Shown one piece after another: positions 53,310 through 61,560 of a stretch of 64,000 bases of DNA. The first letter of the stretch is position 1. Each line of letters starts with the position of its first letter. The notes under the pieces are model-generated. The model was not told the DNA's origin. It did no database searches and saw only the letters and a program-made list of their open reading frames with translations. This DNA comes from Candidatus Micrarchaeota archaeon (GTDB lineage: Archaea; Micrarchaeota; Micrarchaeia; Micrarchaeales; CABMGC01). Where the stretch lies: positions 2,561 to 66,560 of the forward strand of contig JAGWHC010000002.1 in assembly GCA_028867025.1 (NCBI GenBank), in the 5' to 3' direction. The translations under genes and the position numbers were made by a program.

Positions 53310-54044
53310 CTACCTTCTCCTGCGCCTTGCGCTCTTTCTTGTAGTGCGCTTGCGTGCTCTCGCAGTGGGTCTCCTGCCTCCCGCGCGGCGCCTTGACTCC
53401 ATAGCCTTGAACTCCGCATAGGTCATCTTCTTCTCCTTCTTGGGCAGCGGCCTGAACGCCTTCGCCTTCTTAGCCGCCTTCTTGCCGGCAGCCCTCTTCG
53501 GAGCCCTCCTTACCCTGATGAAGTAGTATGAGCCCGCAGCGCCCAGGCCCGCGGCGACGGCCACACCTGCTATTATGTAGTCGATGAGCGGAAGCGGCTT
53601 TGCCGGAAGCGCGGTTATAGTGAACAGCTTCACCACCCCTACAGAGAGAGTGGCTCCTCCGTTGAGCGCAGTTGTGTTGCTCGCCTCCTCTACCGCCACC
53701 CCGGCGCGCCACGCTGTCCCAACTGTTGCATTGTAAGGTACTTTCACTGTTATGTTGATGAAGATGTTCTCCCTCGGAAGCATCACGCCTTTTGTAGGGC
53801 TGATTATGATCGTGGGCGACATCACGTTCGCCACTGCGTTGACCTGAGATCTGGTGGCGTAGTATATGGACTGGTTCGCGCAGCTGTTGAACACCTGCAT
53901 CTGCAGCGTCTCGTTGCTTCCGGCGCTTACATTGAAGCTGATCTTGCCAGCCACTTCGCCTATGCACGCTGAGGAAAGTCCTGAGAACAAGAAAAGGGCT
54001 AGCAGGAATACAGACGCTAGATACGAGCCTGCCCTCCTAACCAT
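53310..54044 (-). CDS. Bitopic membrane protein: signal peptide, one Ig-like beta domain, TM helix, ~68-aa poly-basic cytoplasmic tail
   Basis: The signal peptide is YLASVFLLALFLFSGLSSA. The beta-rich ectodomain includes ISFNVSAGSNETLQMQVFN...IIISPTKGVMLPRENIFINITVKV, followed by the TM helix IDYIIAGVAVAAGLGAAGSYYFI. The tail is RVRRAPKRAAGKKAAKKAK...RKRTTRKSARRRRR. Confidence 0.6.
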   Translation of the reverse strand: MVRRAGSYLASVFLLALFLFSGLSSACIGEVAGKISFNVSAGSNETLQMQVFNSCANQSIYYATRSQVNAVANVMSPTIIISPTKGVMLPRENIFINITVKVPYNATVGTAWRAGVAVEEASNTTALNGGATLSVGVVKLFTITALPAKPLPLIDYIIAGVAVAAGLGAAGSYYFIRVRRAPKRAAGKKAAKKAKAFRPLPKKEKKMTYAEFKAMESRRRAGGRRPTARARKRTTRKSARRRRR

Positions 54045-54075
54045 TGAAACCAGCTAAATAGCAATCCAAGGGCAC

Positions 54076-54618
54076 CTAGCAACTGAATGTTACTGTTATG
54101 CCCTGCGTGTACGTGCCCGGGACCTGGCCGGTTGGTACGTTGAGTCCGAAGAAGAGGTTAGCGGAAGTGCCCACCGGGACGAAAATCTGCGTGTCCGCTG
54201 TTATGGAGTTGGTGAGCTGGTTGCCGTTGTTGGCCGCATGCGTCTGCCCGTCCCAAAGCGTGTTGCCTACCAGGAAGTTTCCTACTCCTCCATCCTGCCA
54301 GTTGCCGCTAAGTGCCACACCCGAGTCTGAGTAGAGAAGTATGTTCGTGCTTACCGATCCCGAGTCGGTGACCTTCTCGGCGTTGGACGTGGATGCTGAG
54401 AATCCAGGCTGCACAGAGCCGAAGTTGATCACTGTGTTGGTTATTAATGGGACGCACACTCCTGACACCTGCACCTTCGTGGTTATGCCGTTGAAGGTGT
54501 TCGTTGTCGAGGCGAAGACCAGCGCCGCCGGGCTGAATATAGCGATAAGAGTAACAGCTATCATCGCAGATACTGTCAAGAACGCGAATGCTGATTGTAT
54601 GGTTTTTTTGGCTAGCAT
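54076..54618 (-). CDS. Small secreted protein, Cys-bounded beta module paralogous to the adhesin C-terminus (candidate fibre subunit)
   Basis: It has a Sec-type signal peptide ending VFA/S. The mature part is CVPLITNTVINFGSV...GNTLWDG...NNGNQLTNSITADT...LFFGLNVPTGQVPGTYTQGITVTFSC. It shares 20-nt and 37-nt identical tracts with 55226..55600. Confidence 0.65.
   Translation of the reverse strand: MLAKKTIQSAFAFLTVSAMIAVTLIAIFSPAALVFASTTNTFNGITTKVQVSGVCVPLITNTVINFGSVQPGFSASTSNAEKVTDSGSVSTNILLYSDSGVALSGNWQDGGVGNFLVGNTLWDGQTHAANNGNQLTNSITADTQIFVPVGTSANLFFGLNVPTGQVPGTYTQGITVTFSC
54092..54280. repeat. Dispersed repeat copy A (3' end of small-subunit gene)
   Basis: It is collinear with 55245..55433 at a constant offset of 1153 nt. 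Identical tracts are ACTGTTATGCCCTGCGTGTA (54092-54111 = 55245-55264) and GTTATGGAGTTGGTGAGCTGGTTGCCGTTGTTGGCCG (54200-54236 = 55353-55389). A 23-nt core also occurs at 54748-54770. Confidence 0.8.
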
Positions 54619-55136
54619 GATAGCATCACATTCACTGTGGTCTGGTAGGTCCCTGGCAGTGCGGGCGGAGGAACGTTTGTCCCGAAGTATACCGTGCCTG
54701 TGCCGCCGTTCGCGCTTGCCTGAAGCTGAGTGTCAGCGCCAAGTATTGAGTTGGTGAGCTGGTTGCCGTTTGCCGTGGATCCGTGCGACACGTCGTCCCA
54801 CAGTATGTTGCCTACGAGGAAGGCGTTCGAGAGGTATATGAAGTTGCCTCCGTCGACGAATATGTTGCTCTGGAAGTTGCCGTAGTTGGTTACTGTCTCA
54901 ATGTTTGAGGTGGCCGCGTAGCTGCCTGCAGGCACAGAGCCGAAGTTTATTACAGTGTTGCTTGCCAGCGGTATGCAGGTGTTTGGTATGGCGACGTTGC
55001 CTCCAATTGTGTTGGAGTACGATGCCGCTTGAACGGTAAATGCAGGTCCGAGCAACGAGTAAAGCACCAGTGCGGTGAGCGATGAGACGATAGCAAAGGC
55101 TAGCGCAGACACGACTAGCTCGTTATTTCTCTTCAT
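54612..55136 (-). CDS. Small secreted protein, second paralogue of the Cys-bounded module (candidate fibre subunit)
   Basis: Its signal peptide ends VQA/A. The mature part is CIPLASNTVINFGSV...GNILWDD...NGNQLTNSILGADT...VYFGTNVPPPALPGTYQTTVNVMLSC. It overlaps the next gene by 7 nt. Confidence 0.65.
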   Translation of the reverse strand: MKRNNELVVSALAFAIVSSLTALVLYSLLGPAFTVQAASYSNTIGGNVAIPNTCIPLASNTVINFGSVPAGSYAATSNIETVTNYGNFQSNIFVDGGNFIYLSNAFLVGNILWDDVSHGSTANGNQLTNSILGADTQLQASANGGTGTVYFGTNVPPPALPGTYQTTVNVMLSC

Positions 55137-55176
55137 TTCAGTCGCCGTCTCGGTGTGCTACTATGTGTGTAGTAAG

Positions 55177-55188
55177 ATATTTAAATAT
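55177..55188 (-). promoter_or_regulatory. TATA box candidate for the small-subunit gene pair
   Basis: ATATTTAAATAT lies in the 89-nt gap, about 45 nt upstream of the ATG at 55136. Confidence 0.4.
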
Positions 55189-55225
55189 ACTTCTTTTGTG
55201 GAATGCGCAAACTCCAATCATTCTA

Positions 55226-58200
55226 TCACCCGCACGAGAGCGCGACTGTTATGCCCTGCGTGTATGTTCCCGTAGCCTGCCCGGCAGGAACGTTGAGCCC
55301 GAAGAAGAGATCCGCGGTGTCGCTGGATGCGAGCGAGTTGAACGTGTCTGTGGTTATGGAGTTGGTGAGCTGGTTGCCGTTGTTGGCCGTGCGCTTGCTC
55401 AGGTCCCAGAGCGTGTTTCCAGTGAGGAAGCTGTTGCCGAAGTAGATCCAGTTGCCTGTCGTCGTGCTCGTGGAGTAGATTATTATGTTGCCCGTGGCTG
55501 TGCCCGCGTTCGTGATCGGCATCGCGTTCTGCGTCGCCGTTGAGAAGCCCGCCTGCAGGCTGCCGAAGTTTATGAGCGTGTTCGTTATGGTGGGTATGCA
55601 TGTGGCCGCGCTCGGCTTGTTGCTCATGTTGAATATCGTGGGCGCGCCGCTCTGCCAGCCAATGTCCCACGCATAATCCGTGTATGCGCCCCCGCCGCTC
55701 AGGTCGACCATGCCGTTGAGCGTGTACGTCTGCGTGTTCGGCACGGCGTTGTTGAACTTCTGGTACATTGCGTTGGCGTTGTCGTATGTGGGTATGTTAG
55801 CGTTGGCATACGCGACAGCGGCCCCGTCTGTTGTCCAGCTCTCCCCTGCTGACAGCGAGCCGCTGGAGAAGTTCCTCATGAAGCCGAGCACGTACTGGTT
55901 GGTGGTCTGAAACTCGGCGATCACGTTGCTCGTGGCCACCGAAGTTGCGCCCTTCCAGTACCTGCCCAGGGTGAAGTAGCTGTCGGTGCTTACAGGCCCT
56001 ATGTTGTATCCGGCATTTCCGACAGGATAGAAGTAGCCGCCGCTGGGGCTCGACTTCACGGTCCAGCCTATCGGATTGATTATGTTCTCCGCAAGGTACT
56101 CCTGCGGAGTGCCTGATCCGAGGTTTGAGAGCCAGTGCCTGTAGCCCATGTCGACGCTGTTCCCACCTTCTCCAGTAAGCGTTATACCTACGTTTGCTAT
56201 CCAATTACCGGTCTCGATCCACGTATGGTTCGAGTCCTGGAACGCCCAGGTGACAACTGTGTTGACCACGTTAGCTAGGCTTGCGCTGTTCTGGGCATCA
56301 TCCGATGCCTGGGGGAAGTAGTAGAGCAGCGTGCCTGACGAGGGGTAGTAGGATATAGTGTACGGCTGCACTATCCTGCCGACATCCCATTTTGTTTCCG
56401 TGCCTTCGGCGAAACTGCCATAGATGTTGAACGTCGACGTTGTGAACCTGGCGTCTGCGAAGTTTGGATACAGGTGCCTGTAAGTCCCCGCTCCGGTCCC
56501 TCTGTTGGCTGACTCAACCTGCGTGGTCACGTCCCACTTCTTATCGGTTGACTGCGCGGTGGCGTTGATCACGTAAAGCCCCGGATAGAAATACTGTCCA
56601 GCATTGTTCACGAGCACGCCGTTGTCAAGCAGGTAGAGGCCGTTCCCTGCCGTATCCGTGCCCGGGTTTACCGCTATGTAGTCGCTAGTCACAGCGAAAT
56701 TTGTCAGTGTCACTTCCATGCTCTTCTCCTTTGTGAAGCGGTTGTTTTCGACTACGACATCAGGTATCGTGTTTGCGGCTGGGGTCACGCTGTTCACAGC
56801 GCCGAGGAGGTCTAGGGAGTTGGTGTCGAAGAGGGTGTCGTTGTAGACAACGAACTGTATAGTGCCGGAGGTTGGGCTTACAGATGTCGTAGTGCTAAGT
56901 GCCCCAACGCTGCCCGTGATGACCTTTATTCTTATTCCGCCCAGAGTGTAGATGCCTGAACCTATGCTTGTAGGCGCGTTGGCGTTGCCGCTCTTCCACT
57001 GAATCACGTATCCTGTAGGCACATTGGCGTAGTAGACATTGAGCAGGCCGCCCTGCAGCATATCCATGAGCGTGTTTCCGGTGTCGACTACGTTTCCAGC
57101 CCAAAGCACCGGACCCCACCTGAAGTCGCCCAACGGGGTTAGCAGCCATGGCAGTCGTGTTGCCTCACCGCTGTGCTGTGTGCTTGTCGATACTGTGCTC
57201 GCCTGTCCAATAAGCCCGTTTGTCGGAAAGCCGCCCAGCGCGTTCACTGGTACTATCTGTATGCTGTTTATCCCGTTCACTACGTCGGAGGTGAGGTTCC
57301 AGCCGTGCAGCTGGAACGTGAGCCCGTTGTACGCGTATGTGTCGTAAAAGACGGGATCCTGCATCATGCCGGTTGGCGAGGAAAAGCTCCAGCCAACTAT
57401 CTCGTTAACAGCGTTGGCTCCGCTGACAGTTATCGTGCTGGATATGCTGTTGAACACTGTGCTCGTTCCCTGGTCTGTGCCTATGGCATTGTACGTGTAC
57501 GAAATACCGTTGTTCGGTCCTGCCTGGAAGTAGAGCGTGTTGGAGCCACCTGGCGAGGCAATGACCACGTTGCCCCCGAGGTTCTTGCTGCCGGTCACGT
57601 TGTAGAACTCGATCGTGAACGGGCCCGTGCCGCCGCTGGCCGTTGCTGTGAATGTCTCTGTCTGGCCGGCAAGCACGGTTGAGGGCGTGGCCGTAAACGT
57701 GAGAGAGGGCGGGGGCGGAGCCACAACTGTCATGGTGTTTGTTATAAGCACGTTGTTGACTGTGCTCGCGCTGTCGAGCACGTTGCCGGTGAGCGTGAGC
57801 GTGCCTATGGAGTTGACGTTCTGCGATGAGGTCGGAATCGTGAATGTGCTTATCTCGTTGGTCGCTGCTATCCCGGAGACTATGCTGTTGTATACTATGT
57901 TGACCGGGGTGACGAAGGTATTTGTCACAAGGAAGTTATAGGTGTACGAGCTCTTTCCTCCGGTGACTATCATGTTCAGGGTAACAGGGCTGCCCTGCGC
58001 TGGATTCGGAGAGGAGGTTATCGCAACCGGGAAGAAGCCGTTGTATGCGGTGAATGTGGTAGTAGCAAGGGCATTGTAAGGAGTGGCAGAAGAGTCGACA
58101 ACGTTGGCAGTGAACGTGAGCGTGCCGATCGCGTTCTGCTCATAGGGCAGCGTGAAGCTTACGGAGTTGCTCGTGCTCGAGCTGCTCTGCTGCGAGGCGT

Positions 58201-60736
58201 ATATTACGTTGCTGGTCTGCGTGTTCGTGACGAGGTAGTTGTACGTGTACGGCGTAGTTGTGGCCAAGGCCGATATTGAGACCGAAAGCGCCTCCACCTG
58301 TCCCTGGTCCGCGATCGCGTTGGACACAGTCTGGGAGGTTATGGTTATGCCGTTCTTGATGTAGTTGGCGGATATTATGGCGTCTCCGAGTACTGTTATC
58401 GTATTTGTGGTGCCGGACGTGGGGCTGAGTATGACGTTGGCGGTGTTGGGCGCGTAGACCGTGAAACCGCTGAATGAGTAGCCTGTAGGGGCGACGGGCA
58501 CAAGGGTGTTGGTGCCCAGCACAGTTATGACATTGCCGTTGGCCTGCTGCGTTCCGTTCGTTATTATGTTGCCCGTCGCCGGGTAGTCAAGTAGCAGTAT
58601 GTTGGTCGGGGAATAGACGTACGAGGAGATGGAATACACAGCAGCAGCATCTCCTGAAGTTGAGGTTATCTGGGCCGTATAAGGGCCCGGAGCCAGCGCG
58701 TTGCACGTCTGGATGACCACCTTCGTGCCCGTCTTTGTGCTTCCCTCCGTGGCCGTCTGGAGCGTTGCGCAGCCTGTCTGCGGAGTGCTTATCGTGGCGC
58801 CCGCGTCTCCAGCCACTCCGAAAATCAACAAAACAAGGCTATTCGACAGCTTTTCGGTGTAAGTCAAGCTGGCTGTCGAGCCCAAGGTGTTCACGGTTAT
58901 TATGTTGACATCAGCGACCGCCGTATTAGCAACGTTCGCGCCGTAGCTGACCAGCGACTGCGAGTACGTGGTAGCCGACAAGGTTACGGAGCCAAAGTTG
59001 CCAAGTGTGTTGCGCCCTATGGCTGTGAGGTTGGTGTACCTTTTGGCGCCTTGGCCGGTCGACACCCCGTTTGTTTCGTTGGAGTTGTTGGTCCAGCTGA
59101 TGCTTTTGCTCGCCGTGTTTGGCTGGGTGTGCGACGCGACGCCGAAGAAGTAGCTCATGTAGTTCGTGCCAAGCGTGTTGCTCACCGTGGCCGTCGTGCT
59201 CGTCACGCCGTTGTACGTGAAGCCCACAACGTAGCCGGAGAGCGAGTTTGAATCCGCTGTATAGAAGTAGGAGGTTGCGTTGGAACCCGCGAGGCTTGTC
59301 GGCAGCGCATTCCAGCTGCCCGAGCCGGGGTAGTACTTGAAGAGCCTTATGCTAGAGACGCTTGTATTTTCCTGAGCAATCCACGAGCTTGGCACCGAGA
59401 AGTTGTAGGTGGCGTTATTGACATACAGGTCAATGTTGTTCTTGCCCGTGCCTATGCTGCCGTTTATCTGCATGAACTGGTACACTCCGAAGCGTGGTTG
59501 CGTGAGACTGCTCGGGACGGCAGAGCTGTTGCTTATTGTGATGTTGGCCTGGAGGTTCTGCGCCGTGAAGTTGATCTCTATGTTCCTGAGTACTGATTTG
59601 CTCAGCGTTATTCTGGATCTGGAACCTACCGTTCCCTGGAAACTGTATCTGCCGTTAGTGCCGTTGAACGTTGAGACGTAGTTCTGAATAGCAGGTATGG
59701 TGGTGGTAGAGCTCGTGCTTACAGACGTGGTTGTCGAAGACGTAGAGCTGCTGCCCACAGTCGTGGTGGACGTTGAGGTGATTGTCGAAGTTGTCGAAGT
59801 TGTTGTGGTCTTTGGAGCCGACGCAACACTTATCGTGTTGCTTCCGAACGCGCCGCTGCCTGAGGAGTCGAGCACATTAGCGGTGATTATTAGTGTGCCT
59901 ATATCATTTGACTCCACTGGAAGGGTGAAACTGACCGAATTGCTCGTGAGCGAGTTGCTTACCTGTGCAGCAAAGACCGAGTTGCCTGTGTTGGTATTGC
60001 TCACGGCAAAGCTGTACGTGTATGGCGGCTCCCCACCGGTCACTCTTGCGGTTAGCAGCTCGTACTGGCCCTGTGCCGCTGACTTGTTGGACGCGTAGAT
60101 GCCGATGAAGGCAAACCGCTGTATCGAGTTTGCTGCGGATACTGTCATGGAATTGCTCGCTGAAATGCCTGCCCCCCTCGAATCCGTTATGTTGACCCTG
60201 ACCGTCAGCGTTCCAACGTCGTTCGCCTCTGCAGGCAGCGAAAACCCTGTGCTGCCTTGAGTTTGCGAGCTCGAAACCAGCTTCTGGAAGATTATGTTGC
60301 CCGTGTTTGTGTTGCTCACTATGAAATTGTACGCGTACGGCGCAGTGCCGCCGGTGATCGCCGCAGTAAGCGTTTCGCTCTGCCCCTGCGTTGCTGTCGA
60401 ATTCGAAACAGTCAGATAGTCGAAACCTAGTAGCGCTATGGTGGTCGTGACGCTTGTCGTGCTTGCCGAAGTTGTGGAGGAGGTGGTTGTGCTTGTACTC
60501 AGCGTTGTTGTGGATGATGAGGTGCTGGTTGAACTCAGCGTGTTCGTCTGGTTTCCGGTAGATGCGAAGAGCAGGTGGGAATTTCCGTGGTGCGCCGCGT
60601 ACTGCTGCTGGGCTTGTGACGCTGACGGAGCGCTGCTCGGCACCTGCGGCAGCTGCGGAAGTTGGATCTTGCTTGCGACGAACAGGATCATGAGCAGTAT
60701 TATCAGTGTTAGAAGATTTCCGGTCAGGTTGCCCAT
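55226..60736 (-). CDS. Giant (1836 aa) N-terminally anchored or secreted multi-domain surface protein (adhesin-like)
   Basis: It has an N-terminal hydrophobic helix, two Ser/Thr-only linkers and five Ig-like modules with the GG(T/E/K)xxY(T/A)Y motif. A PGF-pre-PGF-like segment (IRLFKYYPGSGSWNALPTS...YFYTADSNSLSGYVVG) and a ~550-aa unassigned domain follow. The C-terminal 124-aa Cys-bounded module ends GTYTQGITVALSCG. Confidence 0.8.
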   Translation of the reverse strand: MGNLTGNLLTLIILLMILFVASKIQLPQLPQVPSSAPSASQAQQQYAAHHGNSHLLFASTGNQTNTLSSTSTSSSTTTLSTSTTTSSTTSASTTSVTTTIALLGFDYLTVSNSTATQGQSETLTAAITGGTAPYAYNFIVSNTNTGNIIFQKLVSSSQTQGSTGFSLPAEANDVGTLTVRVNITDSRGAGISASNSMTVSAANSIQRFAFIGIYASNKSAAQGQYELLTARVTGGEPPYTYSFAVSNTNTGNSVFAAQVSNSLTSNSVSFTLPVESNDIGTLIITANVLDSSGSGAFGSNTISVASAPKTTTTSTTSTITSTSTTTVGSSSTSSTTTSVSTSSTTTIPAIQNYVSTFNGTNGRYSFQGTVGSRSRITLSKSVLRNIEINFTAQNLQANITISNSSAVPSSLTQPRFGVYQFMQINGSIGTGKNNIDLYVNNATYNFSVPSSWIAQENTSVSSIRLFKYYPGSGSWNALPTSLAGSNATSYFYTADSNSLSGYVVGFTYNGVTSTTATVSNTLGTNYMSYFFGVASHTQPNTASKSISWTNNSNETNGVSTGQGAKRYTNLTAIGRNTLGNFGSVTLSATTYSQSLVSYGANVANTAVADVNIITVNTLGSTASLTYTEKLSNSLVLLIFGVAGDAGATISTPQTGCATLQTATEGSTKTGTKVVIQTCNALAPGPYTAQITSTSGDAAAVYSISSYVYSPTNILLLDYPATGNIITNGTQQANGNVITVLGTNTLVPVAPTGYSFSGFTVYAPNTANVILSPTSGTTNTITVLGDAIISANYIKNGITITSQTVSNAIADQGQVEALSVSISALATTTPYTYNYLVTNTQTSNVIYASQQSSSSTSNSVSFTLPYEQNAIGTLTFTANVVDSSATPYNALATTTFTAYNGFFPVAITSSPNPAQGSPVTLNMIVTGGKSSYTYNFLVTNTFVTPVNIVYNSIVSGIAATNEISTFTIPTSSQNVNSIGTLTLTGNVLDSASTVNNVLITNTMTVVAPPPPSLTFTATPSTVLAGQTETFTATASGGTGPFTIEFYNVTGSKNLGGNVVIASPGGSNTLYFQAGPNNGISYTYNAIGTDQGTSTVFNSISSTITVSGANAVNEIVGWSFSSPTGMMQDPVFYDTYAYNGLTFQLHGWNLTSDVVNGINSIQIVPVNALGGFPTNGLIGQASTVSTSTQHSGEATRLPWLLTPLGDFRWGPVLWAGNVVDTGNTLMDMLQGGLLNVYYANVPTGYVIQWKSGNANAPTSIGSGIYTLGGIRIKVITGSVGALSTTTSVSPTSGTIQFVVYNDTLFDTNSLDLLGAVNSVTPAANTIPDVVVENNRFTKEKSMEVTLTNFAVTSDYIAVNPGTDTAGNGLYLLDNGVLVNNAGQYFYPGLYVINATAQSTDKKWDVTTQVESANRGTGAGTYRHLYPNFADARFTTSTFNIYGSFAEGTETKWDVGRIVQPYTISYYPSSGTLLYYFPQASDDAQNSASLANVVNTVVTWAFQDSNHTWIETGNWIANVGITLTGEGGNSVDMGYRHWLSNLGSGTPQEYLAENIINPIGWTVKSSPSGGYFYPVGNAGYNIGPVSTDSYFTLGRYWKGATSVATSNVIAEFQTTNQYVLGFMRNFSSGSLSAGESWTTDGAAVAYANANIPTYDNANAMYQKFNNAVPNTQTYTLNGMVDLSGGGAYTDYAWDIGWQSGAPTIFNMSNKPSAATCIPTITNTLINFGSLQAGFSTATQNAMPITNAGTATGNIIIYSTSTTTGNWIYFGNSFLTGNTLWDLSKRTANNGNQLTNSITTDTFNSLASSDTADLFFGLNVPAGQATGTYTQGITVALSCG
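55245..55433. repeat. Dispersed repeat copy B (3' end of giant adhesin gene)
   Basis: See copy A. Confidence 0.8.
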
Positions 60737-60827
60737 ATATTAGTTGTTATATACAAAAGTTAAAAATAGCTAGCAACACCGCTTCGCGGTGTGCACAGGC
60801 CAGCCGGTTTCCTGCGGTTCAAGCGTC

Positions 60828-61553
60828 CTAGAAATTGTCCCCGATTATGCGTTCGTAGTGCGACGCCAATTGCGTTATCCCCTGGGAGAAAGGCGCGTCG
60901 TCGTTTTCAAGAAAGAGGGGTATCTGCTTGGCTATGCTCACCGGCACCTCTTGATCCTCTGGAAGCACTGCCAGGGCTTTCTTGTCCAGGCCCTCCTCGA
61001 TCTCCTCGATCGTGATCTCATGCTTCTCCTTCGTCACCCTGTTTACCACAAGGCTGGTTTTGAGGTTGTGCTTGGCGTAAATGTTGGAAAGCCTTATCAC
61101 CGACGTTAGCGATGGCAGGTCCGGGGTTGCGACAAGCAGCGCCTCGTCATGATAGACGAGCACCCTTTCATTGACTATCCCCGGAGACGTGTCGAAAATC
61201 GCGAAATCGTAATCCGTTTCCTTGAGCGGTCCGCCGACCCTGTCGATCTCATCAGGGGTCAGGGTTACTTCGCCTTCGAAGATCGAGCCTGGCAGGACGT
61301 CAAGTCCTGCGGGGAAGTACTTGACCAACGCACCCTCTACGGTCACATGGCCTGCAAAAACGTCCTTTATACCTGTGGTTATCGCTTCTAGCCTGAGATG
61401 CATGCCTACAGAGGGGTTCGACAGGTCAGCGTCTGCAAGAAGCACCTTGTGGCCCCTTGTGCTGAGCGCGGCAGCGAGATTCACCGCTATGACAGTCTTG
61501 CCTACCCCGCCCTTCTGCGAAGACACTCTTATGAAATAGGGCTTCTTTGCCAT
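60828..61553 (-). CDS. ParA/MinD-family ATPase (short form)
   Basis: It has the deviant Walker A SSQKGGVGKT, Switch-like LLADADLSNP, Walker B DFAIFDTSPG and ATPDLPSLTS. Confidence 0.8.
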   Translation of the reverse strand: MAKKPYFIRVSSQKGGVGKTVIAVNLAAALSTRGHKVLLADADLSNPSVGMHLRLEAITTGIKDVFAGHVTVEGALVKYFPAGLDVLPGSIFEGEVTLTPDEIDRVGGPLKETDYDFAIFDTSPGIVNERVLVYHDEALLVATPDLPSLTSVIRLSNIYAKHNLKTSLVVNRVTKEKHEITIEEIEEGLDKKALAVLPEDQEVPVSIAKQIPLFLENDDAPFSQGITQLASHYERIIGDNF

Positions 61554-61560
61554 GCGAACA

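Noticed and set aside
55163-55670. ORFs 55163..55543, 55203..55445, 55218..55670 and 55485..55676 overlap the adhesin 3' end.
   Set aside because: They overlap the well-supported C-terminal module, which has two paralogues, and they lack features of their own.
59699-60535. Highly repetitive ACx/AGC/TCx tracts looked like tandem DNA repeats.
   Set aside because: They are in-frame Ser/Thr linker coding regions of the giant protein. They have no fixed repeat unit and no repeat-spacer periodicity, so they are not a CRISPR array or satellite.
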